Both the position numbers and the translations under genes were made by a program. 64,000 bases of DNA from Polyangia bacterium (GTDB lineage Bacteria; Myxococcota_A; Polyangia; Fen-1088), in assembly GCA_036268875.1 (NCBI GenBank), contig DATATI010000050.1:5770-69769 (forward strand), given 5' to 3'. The notes beneath the pieces are model-generated. The model saw only the letters and a list, made by a program, of their open reading frames with translations, was not told where the DNA came from and made no database searches. Numbering within the stretch: position 1 is the first letter of the stretch; each line of letters opens with the position of its first letter. Of this stretch, positions 18,447 to 27,404 are shown one piece after another.

Positions 18447-19094
18447 ATGAAGTCGCCGCGGGCCGAGCAGCCTCTCGCCGTCCGGATCACCCACTGGGCG
18501 AACGTGCCCCTGCTCGCCGTGATGGCCGCGAGCGGATTGCAGATCCTCGCCGCCTTCCCGGAGATGGGGGCGAAGGGCGCGCCGGCCCGCTGGTACCTCC
18601 TCCAGAATTGGACACCTCCCTCGTGGATGCGCGCGGGCGGCTGGCTGGCGGGCGCGCGCCACCTGCACTTCGGGCTGGCGTGGCTCTTCGTCGCCAATGC
18701 GCTGGCGTACCTGGTTTGGATGATCGTCACCGGCGAGTGGCGCCGGCGCGCGTTCCAGCCGGGGCGCGACGGCCGCAATGCCCTGCAGACCCTGGCCTGG
18801 TACCTGCGCCTGCGCAAAGCGCCGCCCGAGCAAGAGCTCTACAACGGTCTGCAGCGTCTGGCCTATACGCTGGCCATCGTTCTTGGGGCCGTGGAAGTCG
18901 TCTCAGGCCTCGCGCTTTACAAGCCGGTCCAGCTCTCGCCCATCGCTGCGCTGTTCGGGGGCTACGACGGAGCCCGCGCCGTCCACCTGCTGGGGCTCGC
19001 GGCGCTGCTCGCCTTCACGGTGGGACACCTGGTGCTGGTGCTCCTCCATCCCCGGGCGCTGGCATCGATCTTCACCGGAGGCCGCCGCACATGA
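18447..19094 (+). CDS. Cytochrome b/b6-domain membrane protein (Ni_hydr_CYTB/YdhU-like)
   Basis: RITHWAN, SGLQI, RHLHF, YNGLQRLAY, SGLALYKPVQ, RAVH...GHL heme ligands. Confidence 0.88.
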   Translation: MKSPRAEQPLAVRITHWANVPLLAVMAASGLQILAAFPEMGAKGAPARWYLLQNWTPPSWMRAGGWLAGARHLHFGLAWLFVANALAYLVWMIVTGEWRRRAFQPGRDGRNALQTLAWYLRLRKAPPEQELYNGLQRLAYTLAIVLGAVEVVSGLALYKPVQLSPIAALFGGYDGARAVHLLGLAALLAFTVGHLVLVLLHPRALASIFTGGRRT

Positions 19095-19801
19095 CGTTTT
19101 CAAGACGCACGGTCCTCGGCTTTGCGCTGCTCCCGCTGGCGTGCGACTCGGCGAAGCCACACAGAGGAGTTCTTGGGTTCACGCAGAGGCTGAACGATCG
19201 CGTGCAGCGTGGCCTCTTCCGGTCGGGAAAGCTCGCGCCCGAAGAGTCCGCCCGCGCGGTCACGACCGGGGGCGAATTTCCCCTCTACAAAGTTGGTGAC
19301 GAGTACCCCGACGCGCCCGAGCGCTGGAGGCTGCGCGTGCACGGCCTCGTGGCAAAGCCGCTGGATCTGTCGCTTGCCGATCTGAAGCGGCTGCCGCCGA
19401 CGCAATTCCGGGTGCGGCACCACTGCGTCGAGGGATGGTCGGCGGTTGCCTCGTGGCGCGGCGTGCGCGTCGGCGAGATTGCCCGGCTGTGTGGCGCCGA
19501 CCCGCGGGCCAGGTTCGTGGAGTTCCGCAGCTTCGAGCGCGGCCATCCGGCCGAGGATGGTCCGGAGGTTCGCTACTATTCGAGCTGGGATCGCGAGAGC
19601 GCCGAGCATCCGCAAACCATTCTCGCCTACGGCCGCAACGGCGCCGCGATGACGTCGGAGGAGGGCGCGCCGCTCCGTCTCTACTCGGCGGTGAAGCTCG
19701 GCTACAAGATGGTGAAGTGGGTGGACGAGGTGGTCTTCCAGCCCGTCCGCACGGGCGGGTACTGGGAAGATCTCGGCTACGAATGGTTCGCCGGCGTCTG
19801 A
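19091..19801 (+). CDS. Molybdopterin-dependent oxidoreductase (sulfite oxidase/MsrP-like), probable Tat lipoprotein
   Basis: SRR...LPLAC signal; HHCVEGWSAV (Mo-ligating Cys), HPQTILAY, GAPLRL, KLGYKMVKWV, GGYWEDLGYEWFAGV. Confidence 0.9.
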   Translation: MTFSRRTVLGFALLPLACDSAKPHRGVLGFTQRLNDRVQRGLFRSGKLAPEESARAVTTGGEFPLYKVGDEYPDAPERWRLRVHGLVAKPLDLSLADLKRLPPTQFRVRHHCVEGWSAVASWRGVRVGEIARLCGADPRARFVEFRSFERGHPAEDGPEVRYYSSWDRESAEHPQTILAYGRNGAAMTSEEGAPLRLYSAVKLGYKMVKWVDEVVFQPVRTGGYWEDLGYEWFAGV

Positions 19802-19958
19802 CCGGCTGACTGGCCCGCTGGCCTTGACGGGGCAGCCCGGCGCTGGGCAGGAGCTGCTTTGGTGCTGTTGCGCTCGACGAATTGGCAGCCAGAAGCCGGG
19901 GACATGGCCAAGATGCCACTCCGAAAGCCTCGGGCCTCTCCGAGGCGGCCTTCGAAAC

Positions 19959-19974
19959 TGGCACATGGTGTGCT
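19959..19974 (+). promoter_or_regulatory. Possible sigma-54 -24/-12 promoter
   Basis: TGGCACATGGTGTGCT has GG-N10-GC spacing, just before GTG 19989. Confidence 0.3.
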
Positions 19975-19988
19975 GGATATGGCCGCCT

Positions 19989-20366
19989 GTGGATGTTCAA
20001 CTCACGGGCTTCCTGGTCGTCACCATCGCGGCGCTACCGTACGTGGTTGAGATCCTGACGCAGCTTCCTTTGTTGAACCGGGTGGTGTCGGCGCTGCCGG
20101 CCGAAGTGCGCGCTGAGCTGCCGCCGCACCCTCGTCGACCACAGCTCGCCGTCTTCGGCTCAGCCCGCTTCTTTCTTGCGCTGTTCCGCTATGCGCTTCG
20201 AAATGACCCGCGCGATTCCGACGATATCATCGCACTCAAGCGCAAGATGCGAGCGAGCGCGATTCGTGAGGCGCTGTTCGGATTGATCTTCATTGTCGCC
20301 GTCGTCGTAGCGTGGCGACAAGGTTGGCGGCCACTCAGCGCCAGCGGCGAATGGATCCGTTTGTGA
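19989..20366 (+). CDS. Hypothetical membrane protein with two TM segments
   Basis: Hydrophobic N- and C-terminal helices; start uncertain (19965 or 19989). Confidence 0.6.
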   Translation: MDVQLTGFLVVTIAALPYVVEILTQLPLLNRVVSALPAEVRAELPPHPRRPQLAVFGSARFFLALFRYALRNDPRDSDDIIALKRKMRASAIREALFGLIFIVAVVVAWRQGWRPLSASGEWIRL

Positions 20367-20383
20367 GCGCAAATCTTCCCGCT

Positions 20384-20992
20384 TCAGGCCGGCAGCGCGA
20401 ACGAACCTGACTTGACGTCGCCAGCCCGTCGGTACTTCGCCAGGATCACACCGCTCGCCGAAGCGCGGCTCTCGATGAGCTCGAAGCCGGCGCAGGGCGT
20501 CCCCTCCGCGAAAAGCCTGCGGCCGCTTCCGAGCGTGACGGGGAAGATCTTCAGCCACAGCTCGTCGACGAGATCGTTCTTGAGCAGGGTCTGGATCAAG
20601 GTGCCGCTGCCGTGGACCTGGAGCTCGGGACCGATTGCTTCCTTGAGCTTGCGAAGGGCCTCGATGACGTCCCCCTCGAGGCGAACCGTCTTCCAGTCCT
20701 TCGTGAGCGGCCGGTTCGTCGCCACGTACTTCGTGGCGTTGTTGATGACGTCGGCCATGGGATCTTTCACGCGCGGCCAGTGCGACCAGAAGATCTCGTA
20801 GGTCCGACGGCCGAGCAGGAGGTCGAACCCGTGGCCCATCTGTTGCGTCATCTCCTGACCGACCGCTTCGTCGAAGTAACCAACGCTCCACCCGCCGCGA
20901 TGGAATCCTCCGCTCGTGTCCTCTTCCGGCGCCCCGGGCCCCTGCATGACTCCGTCCATCGTCAAGAACGTCAGCACGTTGATCTTGCGCAT
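20384..20992 (-). CDS. Dihydrofolate reductase / RibD C-terminal family protein
   Basis: MRKINVLTFLTMDGVMQGPGAPEED, LLLGRRTYE, VHGSGTLIQTLL, DELWLKIFPVTLGSGRRLF. Confidence 0.92.
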   Translation of the reverse strand: MRKINVLTFLTMDGVMQGPGAPEEDTSGGFHRGGWSVGYFDEAVGQEMTQQMGHGFDLLLGRRTYEIFWSHWPRVKDPMADVINNATKYVATNRPLTKDWKTVRLEGDVIEALRKLKEAIGPELQVHGSGTLIQTLLKNDLVDELWLKIFPVTLGSGRRLFAEGTPCAGFELIESRASASGVILAKYRRAGDVKSGSFALPA

Positions 20993-21061
20993 CGGTCTAT
21001 CCCCCCTTCGAGGACGCCCCGGGGCCGGAACTGGCCGCGGCAGCGTGCCCTCCAAACTGGC

Positions 21062-21088
21062 GACGAACGAGCGCGGCGGGAATCGACA
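21062..21088 (-). promoter_or_regulatory. ECF42-type promoter TGTCGA-N17-CGTC upstream of the RibD-family gene
   Basis: Minus strand reads TGTCGA TTCCCGCCGCGCTCGTT CGTC, matching the ECF42 consensus as recalled. Confidence 0.55.
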
Positions 21089-21297
21089 TGAGCCCCTTTT
21101 TTCTCGCGACCACGCACTTTTGTCAGGATCGCCATTGCGATCGCCGGGATCAGCGTCCTTGCCCTCGGCACGAGTATCGTCGTGATTCCCCTGGGATTGG
21201 CCGTTCCCGCGATTCGCCCAAGTGATCGCCGACGTCGCCCGCGGAAAAGCTAAATCCACTGTGCCCCACTTCAGTCCGCCCGCCACTCTGATCGGGT

Positions 21298-22749
21298 GTG
21301 CAACGATTTTGCGTGACTTGGCGGCTCGAGCGACTGGCTTTTGCCGCGGTGTCCCTGGTCCTTCTCGGGGGGACTTTTTCCTGCACGGCCGGAATCAAAT
21401 CGGAGGCTGATGCGGGCCTGCCACCGACGGGGACGGCCGCTGATGGCGGTTCCCAGCCGGCCCCTGACGCCGGTCTCCAGACCGCGACCGACACCGCCGT
21501 CGAACGCCCGACTGATCCTGGACCGACCAACTGTCAGAACCTGTGCAAACAGCAGATGACCTGTGCCGGTGGCGCGACGACCAGCCTCAGCGGCACGGTC
21601 CACGCCCCGACGCCGGCCAAGCTGGGCACCGCCGATCCGCTGTACAACGTGCTGGTCTATGTGCCCAACGCACCGGTGGCGAAGTTCACGCCCGGCGTCG
21701 CCTGCCAGCGCTGCGAGAAGGCGTCCGGGTCGCCGCTGGTCAGCGCCATCACCGGGGCTGACGGCAAGTTTCAACTGCGCAATGTACCCGTCGGCAACAA
21801 CATCCCGCTGGTCATTCAGGTGGGCCGCTGGCGACGGCAGGTGACGATTCCCGCCGTGGCGGCCTGCACTGACACCGCGCTGCCCGACGAGTTGACCCGC
21901 CTGCCGCGCAATCAACAGGAAGGCGACATTCCCGCCATCGCCGTGGCCACCGGCATCTACGATCCGTTCGACTGCACGCTGCGCAAGGTCGGCATCGACG
22001 AGGCCGAGTTCACGGTGTCGACCGCGAACGGTCGGGTGAATCTGTGGTCGTATGGCGGTCACGACGTTGCCGGCATGACCACTCCATCGGCGACCGACAT
22101 GTTCACCGACCCGGCGGCGCTGGCCAAATACGATCTGGTCATCTTGCCCTGCAATGACGGGGACGACAGTGATCCGACTGTGCAGGCCAACCTGGCTGAC
22201 TATGCCAACAAAGGCGGGCGCATCTTCCTGACCGATCTGTCGAACGCCTGGCTGCACGACGGCAAGAGCTTTGAAAGTGCAGTGACCTGGCTGCCGTTCG
22301 AAACCACTCTGGGCTATGACTTCACCGTCACCATCGACGCCACTTTCCCGAAAGGAATGGCGTTCTCTGACTGGATGACCAACGTGGGCGCGGCAAGTCC
22401 AATGCCTGGCCAGTTGCCCATTCATGATCCGTACGGTGGCGGCAGCCTGGTGAGCGCGGTGGTGGCTCCGACACAGCGGTGGCTTTACACCTCCGCGCGC
22501 CGAGCCACCGTGCAAACGTTCACCTTCAACACGCCGGTGGGAACACCCGACGCGCAACAGTGCGGGCGGGTGGTGTTCAGCCAATTTCACGTCGCCAGCG
22601 AAGCCAACGCCGACAACTTCGACACGGGCACCTTTCCCACCTCATGCGACGACCAGCCGATGACCCCGCAAGAAAAGGCGCTGGAATTCATGCTGTTCGA
22701 TCTGTCGTCGTGCATTCAAGCCGACGCGGCGCCCGTCGTCATCCCGTGA
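21298..22749 (+). CDS. Myxobacterial lipoprotein with carboxypeptidase-regulatory-like domain and a class I glutamine-amidotransferase-like fold region
   Basis: TFSC lipobox, DAG linker, LYNVLVYVP, GRWRRQV, LPRNQQEGDIP, CGRVVFSQFH, EKALEFMLFDLSSC; exact start uncertain. Confidence 0.75.
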   Translation: MQRFCVTWRLERLAFAAVSLVLLGGTFSCTAGIKSEADAGLPPTGTAADGGSQPAPDAGLQTATDTAVERPTDPGPTNCQNLCKQQMTCAGGATTSLSGTVHAPTPAKLGTADPLYNVLVYVPNAPVAKFTPGVACQRCEKASGSPLVSAITGADGKFQLRNVPVGNNIPLVIQVGRWRRQVTIPAVAACTDTALPDELTRLPRNQQEGDIPAIAVATGIYDPFDCTLRKVGIDEAEFTVSTANGRVNLWSYGGHDVAGMTTPSATDMFTDPAALAKYDLVILPCNDGDDSDPTVQANLADYANKGGRIFLTDLSNAWLHDGKSFESAVTWLPFETTLGYDFTVTIDATFPKGMAFSDWMTNVGAASPMPGQLPIHDPYGGGSLVSAVVAPTQRWLYTSARRATVQTFTFNTPVGTPDAQQCGRVVFSQFHVASEANADNFDTGTFPTSCDDQPMTPQEKALEFMLFDLSSCIQADAAPVVIP

Positions 22750-23162
22750 CGGCGCTTCGAGGAACGCGCTCAAACCTCGAACGAATCAAAATCAAACACC
22801 AAGAGCGCCGGCGTTGGTGACCAGGGTGGCGCCAGCCTGGATCGCCGTTGCGGGAGAAGCCAGGTCACGGCATGTCGGGCGCTTCGGCGCTGCCGCCGGA
22901 TTCACGGGCTTCTCGCCGGATCTGCATCAAGTGGTCGAGAGCAACGCCCTCCCGCGGTCCGATGGCCGCAAGGCGAGCCCCCAGGCCGGGTTTGGTCTCG
23001 TTCGAGGGCACCACCCGCGCCTCGACATCCAGACCGATGGCCCGGGCCTGGACTGGCGCCCGCACTGAGAAGGCGCCGATTTGTCGGGGTTTTTTCTTTT
23101 TCTTGGGTTCGATTGACGCGCCGGTGTCTCCTTTTCCCGAGCTCGATCGTCATCAGGTCGGA

Positions 23163-23187
23163 AGTCGAACAAACCGGCTGTTCCGTC
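23163..23187 (+). promoter_or_regulatory. Weak ECF42-type promoter candidate upstream of yciI
   Basis: AGTCGA-N15-CGTC about 30 bp before ATG 23217; one mismatch and a short spacer. Confidence 0.3.
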
Positions 23188-23216
23188 TCGGGATGGCCCT
23201 TCGAAGGAGAACGCAG

Positions 23217-23564
23217 ATGAAAGAGTTCATGTTGATTTACAAGGGTGGAGATCCGAAGTGGATGGCGACCGCGACGCCCGCAGAGCGGCAGGCGGTGATG
23301 GCGCAATGGGGAACCTGGCTGGGACAGCTGGGCGAAAAGGGCCAGCTGGTCACCGGTGGCTCGCCGCTGGAGTTCACCGGCAAGCGCCTGAAAAAGGACG
23401 GTGTCATCACCGACATCGCCGCCTCCGAGGTCAAAGAGCTGGTGTCGGGCTACTCGATCATCAAGGCCGAGAGCTACGACCACGCAGCGACGATCGCCCG
23501 CGACTGTCCGATCTTTCGCATCGACAGCGCGGTCGTCGAGATCCGCGCCGTCATCGCCATGTGA
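23217..23564 (+). CDS. YciI/DGPF family protein
   Basis: RBS GAAGGAG; MKEFMLIY...W..W...G.PL...KELVSGYSIIKAESYDHA...CP...VEIRAV. Confidence 0.9.
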   Translation: MKEFMLIYKGGDPKWMATATPAERQAVMAQWGTWLGQLGEKGQLVTGGSPLEFTGKRLKKDGVITDIAASEVKELVSGYSIIKAESYDHAATIARDCPIFRIDSAVVEIRAVIAM

Positions 23565-23603
23565 ACGGCCATGTGAGCGGCCATGTGAGCGGCCATGTGA
23601 GCC
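23556..23603. repeat. 12-bp tandem repeat x4 (GCCATGTGA[A/G]CG) duplicating the yciI stop
   Basis: Units at 23556, 23568, 23580 and 23592. Confidence 0.9.
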
Positions 23604-23611
23604 GTCCGTCG

Positions 23612-24898
23612 CTAGCGCGCCGATCGATGTTCCAGCAGGCGTTCGACCTGTTCCAGCATCGATCGGTGCTCGTGCGGGGTGCCGCCCAGGCGTTGCGACT
23701 GCTCGGCGTAGCGTCGCGCCGCCGGGGCGTCGCCCAGCATCGCTGACAGATGGGCCAGGACCGCCAGCGGAACGTGCGACGCGCGCAGCCGCTCGTCGGT
23801 GCGCAGCCGTTCGACGCGCGCCATGGCGCCCCGCGGATCGCCCGCATAGCCGATGGCCACGGCGCGATGAAGTTCCACGATCGGCGAGCCGGTGACGGCC
23901 ACCAGCTCGTCGTACAGCGCCACGATCGCCGGCCAGTCGGTGGCGGCGAACGTCGGGGCGATGCAGTGCTGCCGGGCGATGCGCGCTTCGATGAGAAAGC
24001 GGCCCGACGCGCCCGACGGCGCCGTCGTCGCCAGCGTGATCAGCCGCCCGGCCAGGGCGATGGTCTCCGCGTCCCAGCGCGAGCGATCTTGCCGGTCGAT
24101 GGGCACGTTGCGGCCGTCGGCGTCGATGCGCGCGCGCGATCGCGCCAGGTGCAGTTGCATCAGCGCCAGTAAGCCCAGCGTGTCGCGGTTGACGACGCGC
24201 GGCTCGTCGCAGAGCAGGCGCGCCAGGTGGACGGCTTCATGGCAAAGCGAAAGGTTCATGGGCGCCGCATCGTCCGTTGGCTCGGAGCTGTGAAAGCCTT
24301 CGTTGAAAAGCAGGTAAATCACCGTGTGCACGGTGTCCATCACTTGCGGCAAGCGATCCGCCGACGGGAACTCGAACTTGTGTCCCTCGAGGCGCTCGCG
24401 GGTGCGCAGCAGGCGTTTTTTGACCGTCGCCTCCGGCAGATACAGCGCCCGGCAGATGGCCGGGATGCTGAACCCGCAGAGCGATCGCAAAATCAGCGGG
24501 ATGCGGTTCTCGGGCGGCAGCTCGGCGCCGGTGCACATGAAGATCATGCGCAGCTGGTGATCCTTGATGCGCGTCTCGTCGAACTCCTGCTCGACGGTGT
24601 ATGACCGCGTCCACCCGCTCTCCAGGTGATCGGCGAGATCCGCGGAAAAACGCCGTTGGGTGCGCTGGCCGCGGATGGCGTCGATGGCCTGGTTCTTCGC
24701 GGCCGAGATGATCCACCCCGCGGGGTTGGCCGGCACGCCGTCCGCTTGCCAGGCGACCAACGCCTTGCGAAAGGCGTCCTGCAGCACGTCTTCCGCCAGC
24801 GCCAGGTTGTGCGTGCCGAACAGACGTACCAGCACGGCCAGGATGCGCGACGCCTGCTGGCTGTACACTTTCTCGACGGTGGCGTCGCTCTCGGTCAT
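23612..24898 (-). CDS. ECF sigma factor with C-terminal TPR extension (ECF42-like, DUF6596)
   Basis: AEDVLQDAF, W...AKNQAID, DHQLRMIFMC, LRSLCGFS...KKRLLR, IYLLFNEGF, LHLARSRAR, PLDRQDRSRWD-like, DWPAIVALYD; next to a YciI gene. Confidence 0.9.
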   Translation of the reverse strand: MTESDATVEKVYSQQASRILAVLVRLFGTHNLALAEDVLQDAFRKALVAWQADGVPANPAGWIISAAKNQAIDAIRGQRTQRRFSADLADHLESGWTRSYTVEQEFDETRIKDHQLRMIFMCTGAELPPENRIPLILRSLCGFSIPAICRALYLPEATVKKRLLRTRERLEGHKFEFPSADRLPQVMDTVHTVIYLLFNEGFHSSEPTDDAAPMNLSLCHEAVHLARLLCDEPRVVNRDTLGLLALMQLHLARSRARIDADGRNVPIDRQDRSRWDAETIALAGRLITLATTAPSGASGRFLIEARIARQHCIAPTFAATDWPAIVALYDELVAVTGSPIVELHRAVAIGYAGDPRGAMARVERLRTDERLRASHVPLAVLAHLSAMLGDAPAARRYAEQSQRLGGTPHEHRSMLEQVERLLEHRSAR

Positions 24899-25044
24899 GG
24901 CCAGAAAGCGAGATACGCCCCGACGCGGTCATCGTCAAGGCTTCGCTTTTGGTCCCCGAAATCGGTCTCCGAACGCTCGCCACCGACAACGCGGTGGTGG
25001 CGTTCACGCCGGAGCGGCGTCGAGGCGAGCGCTTATCGAAGTCG

Positions 25045-25524
25045 CTACGAAGCATTCTTTCCGGCGGGCGCCGGGGAACAGCAAGGCTCGGCGTCGGCCA
25101 CTTTTCGTCCAAGACACTCCCGCAGGGCTTCCAGCGCCTTCATCACCTTCGGCCGCTCGCTCGCGGAAAGTCCTTGGTAGACGTCGCTCAGCAGGTCGCG
25201 CTCGCTGCAACGGAGCGTTTCGAGGGCTCGACGTCCCTTTGCCAGGAGCTTGACGTGAACCACCCGGCCGTCATTCTCACTTCGTGCGCGGGTGATGTAA
25301 CCGTCCCGCTCCAGCACGCTGGTGTTCCGGCTCATCGTCGAGAGATCCACCCCGAGGGCCGTCGAGAGCGAGCCGATCGACGCCTGGTCCGCGCGGCTGA
25401 TGGCTTGCAAGGTCCGGTATTGCTCCAGCGTCAAGGTCCCGCAGCAGACCTCCGAGGTCTGCCGGCGGGTGACATCGCGGGCAACTTCGGAAAGCAGCTC
25501 AGCGAAGCGATCTTTTTCAGCCAT
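25045..25524 (-). CDS. MarR family regulator with vicinal Cys pairs (putative arsenite sensor)
   Basis: wHTH (LGVDLSTMSRN..VLERDGYITR..SENDGR); EVCCG and EPCCSP Cys pairs; last gene of the ars cluster. Confidence 0.88.
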   Translation of the reverse strand: MAEKDRFAELLSEVARDVTRRQTSEVCCGTLTLEQYRTLQAISRADQASIGSLSTALGVDLSTMSRNTSVLERDGYITRARSENDGRVVHVKLLAKGRRALETLRCSERDLLSDVYQGLSASERPKVMKALEALRECLGRKVADAEPCCSPAPAGKNAS

Positions 25525-25558
25525 CGGTCGAGCGATTCTAAAGTGCCGCCTTGGCGAA

Positions 25559-25969
25559 TCAAGCGGCGGGCGCGCCCCACCCTTCTTCGGCGATCAAGGT
25601 CTTCACGCGTTCGCGTATGTCGTCACGGATCTTCCTGACCAGGGGCATCGGCTTTCCCTTTGGATCTTCCAGCGGCCAATCCGCCCGTCGCAGCCCGGGA
25701 ACAACCGGGCACTCTTCGCCGCAGCCCATCGTCACCAACAGCTTTGCCGAAGCCGCCAGCTCCTTGGTCAACAGGACCGGCGTGGCCTTGGACAGGTCGA
25801 TGCCAACCTCTTTCATGGCGTCCAGTACTTCAAGATGGACGCGCGGGCCGGGGGCCGTGCCGGCTGAGACGGCGCTGGCCACATTGGCGTCGGCGAGCGC
25901 ATTGAACCACGCCGCCGCCATCTGCGATCTACCGGCGTTGTGAATACACGCGAACAGGATCTTGTTCAT
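25559..25969 (-). CDS. arsC: Arsenate reductase, LMW-PTP family
   Basis: P-loop CIHNAGRSQMA, SAGT.PG, TMGCGEECP, DWPLEDPKG; RBS GAGG before ATG 25969. Confidence 0.92.
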   Translation of the reverse strand: MNKILFACIHNAGRSQMAAAWFNALADANVASAVSAGTAPGPRVHLEVLDAMKEVGIDLSKATPVLLTKELAASAKLLVTMGCGEECPVVPGLRRADWPLEDPKGKPMPLVRKIRDDIRERVKTLIAEEGWGAPAA

Positions 25970-26693
25970 CTCGTTCCTCGGGTTCGGCGGACGGAGTGAC
26001 GACGTTGGGAGCAACCTTGGGAAGCGCAGGAACCAACCACCGGAAGATCGCCGTCGCGCAGGCCGCGCCAAGGATCTGAGCGATGATGAATCCCGGAGCG
26101 TCCGCCGGCCGGATCCCCGCGAAGGTGTCGCTGGCCGCGCGAGCCAGCGTCACCGCGGGGTTGGCGAAGGAGGTGGACGAGGTGAACCAGTAGGCGGCGG
26201 TGATGTAGGCCCCGACGGCGAAGGGCGTGGCCTGCGGGCGCGCGCGGCTGCAGCCCCAGATGACCGAGAGCAGACCGAAAGTGGCGACGAACTCGCTGAC
26301 CATCTGAGCCAGCCCCGAACGGACGTGGTGCGATGCCGAGAACGTCGGTTCGCCGAACATGGCGTGGGCCACGGCGGCACCCACGAAGGCGCCGACGATC
26401 TGGGCCACGATGTGAGGTCCGACGTCCCGCCAGCGCATCCCGCCCTGGGACGCGTCGGCCAGGCTCACAACCGGGTTGAAGTGCGCGCCCGAGATGGATC
26501 CAAACGTCAAGATCAACGCCACCAGGCCGGCGCCGGTGGCCAAGGTGTTGGCCAAAAGCGCGATCGCGACGTTCCCGCCAGCCAGCCGCTCGGCCATGAT
26601 GCCCGAGCCGATCACCACCGCGAGCAGGAACGCAGTGCCAAGCGCCTCTGCGACCAGCCGTCGGCCAAGCGATGATTGATTTGCTATCGGCAC
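25929..26693 (-). CDS. aqpS: MIP/aquaporin family arsenite channel (AqpS-like)
   Basis: SGAHFNPVVS and FTSSTSFANPAVTLAR, MAERLAGGN..ALLANT; adjacent to arsC. Confidence 0.9.
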   Translation of the reverse strand: MPIANQSSLGRRLVAEALGTAFLLAVVIGSGIMAERLAGGNVAIALLANTLATGAGLVALILTFGSISGAHFNPVVSLADASQGGMRWRDVGPHIVAQIVGAFVGAAVAHAMFGEPTFSASHHVRSGLAQMVSEFVATFGLLSVIWGCSRARPQATPFAVGAYITAAYWFTSSTSFANPAVTLARAASDTFAGIRPADAPGFIIAQILGAACATAIFRWLVPALPKVAPNVVTPSAEPEERDEQDPVRVYSQRR

Positions 26694-26714
26694 GCGACCC
26701 GCATCCTAAGAATA

Positions 26715-26733
26715 GATGCACTATACATGCAAG
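26715..26733. promoter_or_regulatory. AT-rich dyad (TGCA-N7-TGCA) upstream of aqpS, candidate MarR operator
   Basis: GATGCACTATACATGCAAG, 22-40 bp upstream of GTG 26693 in an AT-rich patch. Confidence 0.3.
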
Positions 26734-26887
26734 TGACAAGTCGGCAACGGGTCGGCGGGCATGGGCGTCGCCGGGTTCGTGCGCAGCCGCTCGTACAGCA
26801 TCACGCCGCTCTTGGGGCAACCACCGCCCGAGCGTCATGGAATCATCTCAGGACATTGAACGCACGTACCGCATACAATGACCACGG

Positions 26888-27370
26888 ATGGCCGACTTAT
26901 CCGAGTTCGAGCGCGAGTGGACCGAACTGTTGAACGAGGTGCGCGTGGTGCTGCCGGGGGTGCAGCTGCTGTTCGCCTTCCTGCTGACCGCTCCTTTCAC
27001 CGACAGATTCATGAGCATCACGCCCGCGGTGCACGCGGTCTTTCTCGCCAGTTTCCTGGCCACCACCGGCGCCTGCGCGTTTCTGATCGCGCCCTCGGTC
27101 TACCATCGGTGGCACTGGCGGCGCGACGTGGTCGACAAGGAGGAGATGATTCGAACGTGCAACCGACTGGCCATCGTCGGGGTAACGTTGCTGGCGCTGG
27201 CAATGACCGCCGCGGTGTTCGTGTTCTCGTCGCTGGTGTTTCCCGGGCCGACGACGACCTTCATTGCCAGCGGCGCCACGCTGATGGGCTTTGGCTGGCT
27301 GTGGTTCCTGCTGCCGCTTTCCCGGCGCTGGCGCGACCGCTCACGCCGGGCAGTTGGCCAGAACCGATGA
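26888..27370 (+). CDS. DUF6328 family membrane protein
   Basis: ELLNEVRVVLPGVQLLFAFLLTAPF, LIAPSVYHR. Confidence 0.85.
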   Translation: MADLSEFEREWTELLNEVRVVLPGVQLLFAFLLTAPFTDRFMSITPAVHAVFLASFLATTGACAFLIAPSVYHRWHWRRDVVDKEEMIRTCNRLAIVGVTLLALAMTAAVFVFSSLVFPGPTTTFIASGATLMGFGWLWFLLPLSRRWRDRSRRAVGQNR

Positions 27371-27404
27371 CGACCGCCTGCGCCTTTGACGTCGGACCAC
27401 GTCG

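Noticed and set aside
23106-23113. GGTTCGAT T-loop-like motif
   Set aside because: No cloverleaf or acceptor stem around it; not a tRNA.
25929-25969. Possible frameshifted AqpS-ArsC fusion (41-nt overlap)
   Set aside because: arsC has its own GAGG RBS and ATG, and both proteins are complete.
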